Source: a virus (Duplodnaviria; Caudoviricetes). From it: a stretch of DNA of 51,908 nt. Where the stretch lies: positions 1-51,908 of IMG/VR virus record IMGVR_UViG_3300047288_000217, one strand, 5' to 3'. Made by a program: the position numbers and the translations under genes. Shown here one piece after another: positions 9,006 through 16,423 of the stretch; the stretch's first letter is position 1; every line of letters starts with the position of its first letter. The notes below the pieces were generated by a model, which was not told where the DNA came from, made no database searches, and saw nothing but the letters and a program-made list of their open reading frames with translations.

Positions 9006-9466
9006 GCACCGACGCACAAATCGAAGCCGAAATCCAAGCCAAGGGCAAGACCGCCCCGCGCATCACGCCTGCCGACATCGAGGCCAACATCTTTGAGGAG
9101 GTTTACTTCACAGCCGCCCAAGGCACGCTCGGCGCTGTGATTGCGCAAGCCAAAGAGCACTCGCCCGAGATCGTTGTCGGCTCGTTTGAAAACGCAAAGG
9201 CTCCACTCGACCTGTTGACTTTCTGCGTGCTCGTGTTGAAAAACGGATTCACCGTCACCGGCGAGTCGGCCTGCGCCAGCCCCGAGAACTTTGACGCCGA
9301 GATCGGCCGCAAGGTTGCTCGCGCCAACGCCGTGCAGAAAATCTGGCCGCTCATGGGCTACGAGCTGCGCAGCAAGCTGGCCGCCCAGGCCGCACACGAC
9401 GACGACTTCCCCCTCGGCAAAGCCTGCGACCTCTCCGGCGAAGGCACCTGCGAGGCCTGCCAATAA
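9002..9466 (+). CDS. N4 Gp49/Sf6 gp66 family protein (Acb4-like sponge) with Cys-rich C-terminal tail
   Basis: APRITPADIE..LTFCVLVLKNGFTVTGESACASPENFDAEIGRKVARANAVQKIWPLMGYEL signature; ATG 9002 overlaps upstream stop. Confidence 0.8.
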   Translation: MSTDAQIEAEIQAKGKTAPRITPADIEANIFEEVYFTAAQGTLGAVIAQAKEHSPEIVVGSFENAKAPLDLLTFCVLVLKNGFTVTGESACASPENFDAEIGRKVARANAVQKIWPLMGYELRSKLAAQAAHDDDFPLGKACDLSGEGTCEACQ

Positions 9467-9484
9467 CCATCACAGGAGCACAAC

Positions 9485-10501
9485 ATGCCAACCATGACCG
9501 AAGATGACAACAACCCCAGCGACAACCGCCCGGGGGACAACGAGGACATCGTCATCGTCGAGAACCAGCCTGGCGCCAACCAGGACCGGGACAACCATGA
9601 CGACGATCACGACGACGACGCCCGCCTGAACGCTGGCGACGACAGCCGCGACGACGGCAACGACGCCGAGCGTGAGGCGATCCGCGAGCGCCGCCGCCTC
9701 GAAAAGCTCGAACGCAAGGAGCGCCGCGAGCAGGCGATCAAGCGCGACAAGCTGGAGCTGGACTTCCTGCGCAAGCGCAACGACGACCTCGAGCGCCGCC
9801 TCGGTACCGTCGAGCAGCGCACGCACCAGGCCGACCTCTCCCAGATTGACGCCCAGATCCTGCAAGCCAGGAACGAGGCCGAAATGGCCGAGCGCGTGAT
9901 CGCCAAGGCTGTGGCCGCTGGCAACGGTGACGATGTGGCCCAGGCCATGCGCTACCGCGACCAGGCGATCCAGAAGGCCAACCAGCTGGCGTTTGCCAAG
10001 CAGCAGGCCATGGTCCAGCGCCAGCAGGCCCAGCCGAAGAACGAAGGCCTGGACGACATGGCCATGCACTACGCCAAGGAGTTCATCACGGAAAACTCGT
10101 GGTACGACCCCAAGGGCCAAGACGAGGACAGCGCGATCGTGTTGGCCATCGACGGCGCCCTGCACCGCGAAGGCTTCCGCCCGGACACCGAGGAATACTG
10201 GGACGAGCTGCGCGATCGTGCTGCCAAACGCCTGCCCGAGCGCTTCAAGCAGACCACCCGCCGCAACGATCACGGCGACGACCGTGGCGCCCGCGACGAG
10301 CCCCGCCAGCAGCGCCAGCAACGCGGCGGCCCGGCCATCGGCTCTGGTCGTGAGCACGCACCCACCAGCACCCGGACCGAGGTCTACATCAGCCCCGAGC
10401 GCAAGCAAGCGCTGATCGAGGCCGGCGTCTGGGACGACCCGGTGCTGCGCATGAAGTACGTCAAACGCTACGCGGAATATGACCGCAACAACCGCGCGTA
10501 A
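9485..10501 (+). CDS. Putative capsid scaffolding protein
   Basis: Acidic N-terminus, long coiled coil, upstream of the capsid genes; AGGAG RBS. Confidence 0.6.
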   Translation: MPTMTEDDNNPSDNRPGDNEDIVIVENQPGANQDRDNHDDDHDDDARLNAGDDSRDDGNDAEREAIRERRRLEKLERKERREQAIKRDKLELDFLRKRNDDLERRLGTVEQRTHQADLSQIDAQILQARNEAEMAERVIAKAVAAGNGDDVAQAMRYRDQAIQKANQLAFAKQQAMVQRQQAQPKNEGLDDMAMHYAKEFITENSWYDPKGQDEDSAIVLAIDGALHREGFRPDTEEYWDELRDRAAKRLPERFKQTTRRNDHGDDRGARDEPRQQRQQRGGPAIGSGREHAPTSTRTEVYISPERKQALIEAGVWDDPVLRMKYVKRYAEYDRNNRA

Positions 10502-10511
10502 AAAAATCGCG

Positions 10512-10539
10512 TTGTGTTTTTTGAAATCCCACCTATAAT
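10512..10539 (+). promoter_or_regulatory. Sigma70-type promoter for capsid genes
   Basis: TTGTGT-16 bp-TATAAT in an AT-rich gap; CCTATAATT also at 15057 and 23512. Confidence 0.6.
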
Positions 10540-10548
10540 TTTTCCCAA

Positions 10549-10564
10549 TCGCTGAAAGGAGCGA
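10549..10564 (+). promoter_or_regulatory. RBS hairpin TCGCT-GAAAGG-AGCGA
   Basis: Same loop and spacing to ATG as 7835-7850, with compensatory stem changes. Confidence 0.45.
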
Positions 10565-10567
10565 GAA

Positions 10568-11098
10568 ATGTCTGACGAACGCCTGAAGAAATCCGCTGGT
10601 GACAACCGTGAAAGCCGTGCGATGGTAGATCGCGCTGCCTCTGAATCACGTGCCCTGTCCGATGATGAGCGGGTTGAAATGTTCCGACAGCAGTTCCACC
10701 AGTCCTCACTTCCGGACTTGCCCAAACTCGACGGCTGGCATTGCTGCTGGCTGACCACAACGAACCCTCGTGATTCGATCCACATGCGCATGCGTCTGGG
10801 TTACGAGCCTTTGAAGCCAAGCGACGTGCCTGGCTGGGACTACGTCACCGTCAAAACCGGTGAGTGGCAAGGCTTCATTGGAGTCAACGAGATGCTCGCT
10901 TTCAAACTCCCGCTGAGCCTGTACGAAAAGTACATGCAGGAAGCTCACCACGACGCGCCGCTGCGCGAAGAGGAAAAGCTGACCGACACGGCCGAGTTCA
11001 TGGAGCAGCAGGCGCGCGCCTCTGGTTCACGCGTGGATGCGGGTGACGGCATGACGGAAATTGGACAAAGACGGTCCGCTCAGTTTGAGCTGACCTGA
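10568..11098 (+). CDS. Conserved head-module protein (176 aa)
   Basis: LPDLPKLDGWHCCW..RMRLGYEPLK..IGVNEMLAFKLP; lies between scaffold and capsid genes. Confidence 0.8.
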   Translation: MSDERLKKSAGDNRESRAMVDRAASESRALSDDERVEMFRQQFHQSSLPDLPKLDGWHCCWLTTTNPRDSIHMRMRLGYEPLKPSDVPGWDYVTVKTGEWQGFIGVNEMLAFKLPLSLYEKYMQEAHHDAPLREEEKLTDTAEFMEQQARASGSRVDAGDGMTEIGQRRSAQFELT

Positions 11099-11136
11099 AC
11101 ACGCAAGTCCATTCAACCCCTTAAGGAGTAAGCTCT

Positions 11137-11730
11137 ATGTCCTCGACTAGCGCACCTTTTGGCTTCCGTGCGTCGTACCACAACAGTGGTCAAATGCGCC
11201 CGAAAGCCTACACGATTGCGAGCACCTACGCCGCCAACATCTTCTCGGGCGACCCCGTGAAGCTGACTGACGCTGGCGTGATTCAACTGGGCACCTCGGA
11301 CGGCACTCGTTCCGGCACCACCGACGGCGTCACCCTCCTGGGTATCTTCGCCGGCTGCCAGTACAACGATGCCACCGGTCGCCCCACCATCAGCCCCTTC
11401 TGGCCCTCGGGCGTCACCGCCACCAACATCGTGGCTTGGGTGTACGACGATCCGGAAACTCTGTTCGACGTGCAGTACAACAACCCCTCCGCTGGTACCA
11501 CCGTGCAAACGGCCGTCGGCGAAGAGTGCGATTGGACTGTCGCCTCCCCTGGTGGCTCGACCCAAACCGGTCTGAGCAACACCTACCTCACCGCCATCCA
11601 AGCCACCTCTGGCCAGTTCCAGATCACCGGCTTCGCTGGCAACATCAACGACTCGCTGACCGACGCTTATGTCACGGCCACTGTTCGCATCAACGAACAC
11701 GCCTACAAAGCGGCCGTCAACAGCATCTAA
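11137..11730 (+). CDS. Putative capsid decoration/cement protein
   Basis: APFGFR..YTIASTYAANIFSGDPVKL; beta-rich, immediately before the capsid gene; TAAGGAG RBS. Confidence 0.65.
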   Translation: MSSTSAPFGFRASYHNSGQMRPKAYTIASTYAANIFSGDPVKLTDAGVIQLGTSDGTRSGTTDGVTLLGIFAGCQYNDATGRPTISPFWPSGVTATNIVAWVYDDPETLFDVQYNNPSAGTTVQTAVGEECDWTVASPGGSTQTGLSNTYLTAIQATSGQFQITGFAGNINDSLTDAYVTATVRINEHAYKAAVNSI

Positions 11731-11743
11731 GGAGGGCTGAAAC

Positions 11744-12658
11744 ATGGCAACCCCAATGCGTAGTACGGACTTCCGGTCCGTTGTTGAGCCTATCCTCAAC
11801 GAAGTGTTCGACGGTGTTTACGAGCAGCGTGCGGACGAGTGGAAGCAAGTCTTCCGCGAGCAAAAAGGCATCCCGCGCAACTATCACGAAGAACCCGTCC
11901 TGTACGGCTTCGGTGCTGCGCCCGAGCTGCCTGACGGCATGGCAGTGACCTACCAATCCGGTGGCGTCCTGTTCCTGCAGCGCTACCTGTACAAGGTGTA
12001 CGGCCTGGCCTTCGCTTTGACCAAAGTTCTGGTTGAAGACGGCGACCACATCCGTATCGGTCAGACCTACGCCAAGCACCTGGCGCAGTCCCTGATCGAG
12101 ACCAAAGAAACCCTGGCTGCCAACATCCTGAACCGCGCTTTCAACGGCGCGTACACCGGTGGTGACGGCGTGTCCCTGGTTTCCCCGGCCCACCCGATCG
12201 TCAACGGCACGTTCAGCAACCAGCTGGCCACCGCCGCCGCCCTGTCGCAGACGTCCCTCGAGCAGATGCTGATCCAGATCCGCAATGCCGTGGACAACAA
12301 CGGCAAGCGCATCCGCCTGACACCCAAGAAGATCGTTTCCGGTCCTTCCAACGTGTTCCAGGCCGAAGTGCTGCTCAAGTCTGTGCTGCGCACCGGCACT
12401 GCCGACAACGACATCAACCCGGTGAAGTCGATGGGTCTGCTGGCCGAAGGCCAAGCCAACCTGTCTCGTATCACCAGCACCACCGCCTGGTGGGTGCAGA
12501 CCGACGCTCCCGAAGGTCTGAAGCTGATGATGCGCCGTGGTCTGGAAAAGTCCATGGAAGGCGACTTCGAAACCGACAGCATGCGTTACAAAGCCACCGA
12601 GCGTTACGCTCTGGGCTGGACTGACCCGCGCGGTGTGTTCGGAACGGCCGGAGTCTGA
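11744..12658 (+). CDS. Major capsid protein (Mu gpT-like, HK97 fold)
   Basis: 304 aa, strongly biased codons, GDGVSLVSPAHP..N and EGDFETDSMRYKATERYALGWTDPRGVFG C-terminus; AAGGAGG RBS. Confidence 0.88.
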   Translation: MATPMRSTDFRSVVEPILNEVFDGVYEQRADEWKQVFREQKGIPRNYHEEPVLYGFGAAPELPDGMAVTYQSGGVLFLQRYLYKVYGLAFALTKVLVEDGDHIRIGQTYAKHLAQSLIETKETLAANILNRAFNGAYTGGDGVSLVSPAHPIVNGTFSNQLATAAALSQTSLEQMLIQIRNAVDNNGKRIRLTPKKIVSGPSNVFQAEVLLKSVLRTGTADNDINPVKSMGLLAEGQANLSRITSTTAWWVQTDAPEGLKLMMRRGLEKSMEGDFETDSMRYKATERYALGWTDPRGVFGTAGV

Positions 12659-12700
12659 CGTCTCACGGGGGTCTGTCCAGGCCCCCGAAGATGCCAACCG

Positions 12701-12729
12701 AAGCCTCCGCCCACAAAGCGGGGGCTTTC
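12701..12729 (+). terminator. Hairpin/weak intrinsic terminator after capsid gene
   Basis: AAGCCTCCGC-CCACAAA-GCGGGGGCTT then TC; a second hairpin at about 12666-12687. Confidence 0.5.
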
Positions 12730-12744
12730 ATGGGCACCTTCAAT

Positions 12745-12812
12745 CCAGCGCAGCAGACGGCCCGCCCTGGCCGACGACATGCAGACGGCTGCGCAACACT
12801 CGCATGTGAGGA
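12745..12812 (+). ncRNA. Candidate structured RNA downstream of the gpT-like capsid gene (possibly Mu-gpT-DE motif)
   Basis: Stem GCGCAGC 12748-54/GCTGCGC 12788-94, possible CCAG/CTGG pairing, repeated GAC; location matches that described for the motif. Confidence 0.45.
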
Positions 12813-12818
12813 CACATC

Positions 12819-13094
12819 ATGGCTTCTACTACCTTCTCGGGTCCCGTTACATCTCAAAACGGTTTTGTCGGCAACATCACCGGCAACGTGACCGGCGACG
12901 TGACCGGCGACGTTACCCTGGCTGACTTCGTCAAACTGACCGCTGTTGCAACTGCCGCTCTTCCCGCCGCAGCCGCTGGCAACGCTGGCCAGGTTCGCCT
13001 GATCAACGACAACGGCGCAGGCAACAACGAGTTTTGCCTTGTCATCAGCACCGGCTCTGCCTGGGTGACTGCTGTCGGCGCGGCTTTGAGCTGA
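12819..13094 (+). CDS. Small virion protein (MASTTFSGPV N-terminus)
   Basis: GAGGA RBS; TGNVTGDVTGDV repeat; follows capsid gene. Confidence 0.75.
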   Translation: MASTTFSGPVTSQNGFVGNITGNVTGDVTGDVTLADFVKLTAVATAALPAAAAGNAGQVRLINDNGAGNNEFCLVISTGSAWVTAVGAALS

Positions 13095-13099
13095 TTTCC

Positions 13100-13136
13100 T
13101 GCGTCATGACGCACCCCGCTTGACGGCGGGGTTTCA
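13100..13136 (+). terminator. 14-bp perfect palindrome plus GC hairpin
   Basis: TGCGTCATGACGCA 13100-13113; ACCCCGC-TTGACG-GCGGGGT followed by TTC. Confidence 0.45.
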
Positions 13137-13155
13137 TTCAAACCAGGAGATCACA

Positions 13156-13560
13156 ATGGCTGACGCAGTAACCTCTCAAACCATCCTTGACGGTGAGCGC
13201 CTGTTCATCGGCAAGTTCACCAACATCTCAGACGGTACCGGCGAAGTCGGCGCTCTGAAGATTGATGTTTCCACGCTTTCCGCAAGCGCTGCTGGCAACG
13301 CCTGCAACGGGGTCAAGATCAACAAGGTCTGGGCTCAGACGCAAGGCATGGGCGTCGACATCCTTTGGGATGCCACCACCGACTTGCTTTGCGAGACCAT
13401 CCCAGCTGACCAGCTTTACATGCTGGACTACAGCTCGTTTGGCGGTCTGCCAAATAACGCCGGGACCGGCAAGACTGGCGATGTGCTTTTCTCGACCGTT
13501 GGCGCTGCCTCTGGCGATCGTTACACGATCGTGATCGAGGCAATCAAGACGTACGCTTAA
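13156..13560 (+). CDS. Putative virion structural protein (134 aa)
   Basis: CAGGAG RBS, ATG 13156; beta-rich. Confidence 0.75.
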   Translation: MADAVTSQTILDGERLFIGKFTNISDGTGEVGALKIDVSTLSASAAGNACNGVKINKVWAQTQGMGVDILWDATTDLLCETIPADQLYMLDYSSFGGLPNNAGTGKTGDVLFSTVGAASGDRYTIVIEAIKTYA

Positions 13561-13571
13561 GGCTGACGACC

Positions 13572-14351
13572 ATGGGCGCGCCAGCTTCAACGACTCGTTT
13601 TGGTGAGTTTGGACCTTTTGGACTGCAGGTGGCTCGCGGCCAGATTGCGTTTCACCAATCAATCCAGGTTTTCGGCTACAACCCTGACGTTGACACATCC
13701 GAGGAATCGGTGTGGCCTGACGGCGGGGTTGTGCCGCATCCCACAGTTGCATCAGTCCTGAAAATCAGCTCCACCAGCGCAAATGACACCTCTGCAGGTA
13801 CGGGCGCACGCACCGTGTTTATTGGAGGCCTGGACGGCAGCTACAACGTGGTCAGCGAGACCGTGACGCTCAATGGCCAGACCGCAGTGGATACCACCAA
13901 CTCCTACCTGTATGTCAACGAGTTCTACGTTCTCACAGTGGGCACGGATGGGCACAACGATGGCGTAATCAATGCAGGCACTGGCGTTGTGACTGCGGGT
14001 GTGCCTGCGGTTTTGTACGACCTGATTGCGGCAACCTACAACAACCGCACCACGGGGCACTACTGTGTTCCTGCTGGCTACACTGGCTACATGCAGGTGG
14101 GGATTTTCACCACAGGGCAGCCTTCTGGCAGCTCTTCCGTGACTGGTTTTTTGAAGCAGCACGGCCCTGATGGGATTGTCCGTATTGGCGCGGTTTCCAC
14201 ACTCAACAACGGCTCTGTGCAGTATGACTTTGCTTACCCATATCAAATCCCGGAAAAGAATTGCGTTGGTTCCTCTGCAATTGGCAGCCAGGCAAATAAC
14301 GCAGTTAGCTCATTCTTCAACATCGTTTTAATCAAAAACGAAACGGAGTAA
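13572..14351 (+). CDS. Putative virion structural protein (259 aa)
   Basis: FGLQVARGQI..FGYNPDVD..SSTSANDT..GTGARTV; G/T/S-rich beta protein. Confidence 0.75.
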   Translation: MGAPASTTRFGEFGPFGLQVARGQIAFHQSIQVFGYNPDVDTSEESVWPDGGVVPHPTVASVLKISSTSANDTSAGTGARTVFIGGLDGSYNVVSETVTLNGQTAVDTTNSYLYVNEFYVLTVGTDGHNDGVINAGTGVVTAGVPAVLYDLIAATYNNRTTGHYCVPAGYTGYMQVGIFTTGQPSGSSSVTGFLKQHGPDGIVRIGAVSTLNNGSVQYDFAYPYQIPEKNCVGSSAIGSQANNAVSSFFNIVLIKNETE

Positions 14352-14356
14352 ATGAG

Positions 14357-14602
14357 ATGGAAATGATGGTATGGAACGTTGTTCTAAGCGCCGTTGTGGC
14401 TGTTATGGGATTTCTGCTCAAAAGCAAGTTTGACGAGCTTTCTAGGCTTGGAATATTGCTCAACCGTACTCGCGAGGAAGTTGCTCGCGATCACATCACA
14501 CGCTCGGAATTCCGTGCGGACATGCAACAGCTGCTCGATCGATTCGATCGGCTTGAGCGCAAGATCGACAACCTCAAATCGCCCTCATATGAGCGCAATT
14601 AA
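14357..14602 (+). CDS. Small membrane-anchored coiled-coil protein
   Basis: N-terminal hydrophobic helix WNVVLSAVVAVMGFLL then coiled coil; GGAG RBS. Confidence 0.7.
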   Translation: MEMMVWNVVLSAVVAVMGFLLKSKFDELSRLGILLNRTREEVARDHITRSEFRADMQQLLDRFDRLERKIDNLKSPSYERN

Positions 14603-14614
14603 CTGGAGATAAAC

Positions 14615-15034
14615 ATGGGCTGCAAATACGTCAAAGAGTTTGATTTCGGCACCAAAGGCAAAGACGGCTCTGTGAAGTACTGTGGCGGCGGCGCTGTCAA
14701 AAAGTACGCCGATGGCGGCAGCGTCAAGGCCGACATGAAGCAGGACAAGGCCATGGTCAAAGCTGCTGTGCATAAGCACGAGAAGGCCATGCACAAAGGC
14801 GAGCCCCTGACCAAGTTGGCCAAGGGCGGCAAGGTGCCCAAGGTCGAGGCGATGGAGAAGCGCGAGATGGCCGAGACGCCAACCATGCGCCGCGAGTCGG
14901 CCATGAGCAGCCGCAAGGTTGAGGCTCCAGCGCGTCGCTCGGTACCCGTTGCTCCCCGCGAGCCCATGCTGGCCATGAAGTCTGGCGGCAAGGTCTCCAA
15001 AATGATGTGCGGCGGCAAGGCTGGCAAGTACTGA
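14615..15034 (+). CDS. Basic Lys/Met-rich protein with five xxGGxV repeats
   Basis: YCGGGAV, YADGGSV, LAKGGKV, MKSGGKV, MMCGGKA; GGAG RBS. Confidence 0.8.
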   Translation: MGCKYVKEFDFGTKGKDGSVKYCGGGAVKKYADGGSVKADMKQDKAMVKAAVHKHEKAMHKGEPLTKLAKGGKVPKVEAMEKREMAETPTMRRESAMSSRKVEAPARRSVPVAPREPMLAMKSGGKVSKMMCGGKAGKY

Positions 15035-15064
15035 TTGAGCGTTTTAGGCCTCGTGGCCTATAAT
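15035..15064 (+). promoter_or_regulatory. Sigma70-type promoter for adaptor/fibre genes
   Basis: TTGAGC-18 bp-TATAAT. Confidence 0.55.
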
Positions 15065-15125
15065 TTAACAACCCCCAGGGCATGCCGCAACGGCCGCCAT
15101 CCTGACGACCAACGACGGAGTTAGC

Positions 15126-16109
15126 ATGGCCTTTTCCGGCAGCATTAGCAACACGACATTTAATGCCTTGAAGGTGGTGGACCACGCCTTCAGGCGTTGC
15201 CGTTTGCCCGCCCAGGCCATCACGTCTGAAATGCAGACGTATGCGCTGGAATCGCTGTACCTTTTTCTGAGCGAGCTGGCCAACATCAAGACCCCCAGCT
15301 GGTGCATCGAAAAGGTGCTTCTGCCGATGTACGAAAACCAGCCCATCGTCGAGCTGCCCCTGGGCACCGTTGAAGTTTTGAACCTGAATTACCGGGTTTT
15401 GCAGCCGGTGACCGGTACCACCGTGATCACCTCGACTTCCTACACGGTCAGTTTTTCGACACAAACGCAGGTCAGCACCATCGGCATCGAGTGGTCGGCG
15501 GCGGCGGTTCCTGTCACGTTTCAGGTCAGCAACGACGGCGTTTCTTGGAGCACGGTCGGGACCTCAACGGCAACGGCAAGCAGCGGCCAAATCACCTGGA
15601 CCGACATTTCGGCTCCGATCCCGCACAACTATTTCCGGATTGTGGCGACGACCGGTGTTTTGAGCTTTGCGGTGATCACCCTGGGCAACATGCCGCAGGA
15701 AATCCCGCTTGGGCAGTTGAGCCGCGACAGCTATGTGAACCAGTCGAACAAGATTTTTCCCGGCCGCCCAAGCAGCTACTACTTCCAGCGTGACATTCCG
15801 CAGCCGGTGGTCAACCTCTGGCCTGCGCCGTTCATTGCCGCCGAGCAGGCGCAGTTGGTGCTTTGGCGTCACCGCCAGATCATGGACACAAACAACCTGC
15901 AGCAAGAGGTTGAGGTTCCCCAGCGCTGGCTGCAAGCGATTGTGGACGGCCTGGCCGCCAAGGTTGCGGCCGAGACACCTTCGGTTGACATTCAGTTGAT
16001 ACCCGTCTTGGAGCAGCGCGCAACCATGAGCGTGCAGCGCGCTTGGGACGGCGATAACGACGGCTCGCCGATCCAGATTAACCCCGGCATAGGGGTTTAC
16101 ACAAAATGA
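15126..16109 (+). CDS. Head-tail adaptor-like protein with inserted beta (discoidin-like) domain
   Basis: LSRDSYVNQSNK..GRPSSYYFQR..NLWPAP adaptor pattern; insert FQVSNDGVSWSTV..YFRIV. Confidence 0.6.
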   Translation: MAFSGSISNTTFNALKVVDHAFRRCRLPAQAITSEMQTYALESLYLFLSELANIKTPSWCIEKVLLPMYENQPIVELPLGTVEVLNLNYRVLQPVTGTTVITSTSYTVSFSTQTQVSTIGIEWSAAAVPVTFQVSNDGVSWSTVGTSTATASSGQITWTDISAPIPHNYFRIVATTGVLSFAVITLGNMPQEIPLGQLSRDSYVNQSNKIFPGRPSSYYFQRDIPQPVVNLWPAPFIAAEQAQLVLWRHRQIMDTNNLQQEVEVPQRWLQAIVDGLAAKVAAETPSVDIQLIPVLEQRATMSVQRAWDGDNDGSPIQINPGIGVYTK

Positions 16110-16420
16110 GCGGAAAGTTCATCGTCCCAGATGCAAGCGACCCAACGTATGGGTTGGGCATTTGTGCGCGTTGTTCTCGCAAATTCAAGCTCGCCGAACT
16201 GCATGCCGACCCCAACTACCCGGCGCTCATGGTGTGCGACGAGGACACGGACGACTACGACCCCTACCGCCTGGCCCCGCGCAAGGAGGACCAGGTCGTG
16301 CTGCCGTTTGTGCGCCCGGATGTGCCTGTGACCACCAATCCTTCGGGTTTGATCACGCAGGACGGCACGCAGTTCATCGTTTCTGAGGACGGGCAACGCT
16401 TCCTGTTCGTTGTGGATTAA
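16106..16420 (+). CDS. Small Cys-containing protein (CARCSRKF..VC)
   Basis: Coupled to adaptor gene; GICARC motif. Confidence 0.7.
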   Translation: MSGKFIVPDASDPTYGLGICARCSRKFKLAELHADPNYPALMVCDEDTDDYDPYRLAPRKEDQVVLPFVRPDVPVTTNPSGLITQDGTQFIVSEDGQRFLFVVD

Positions 16421-16423
16421 AAA

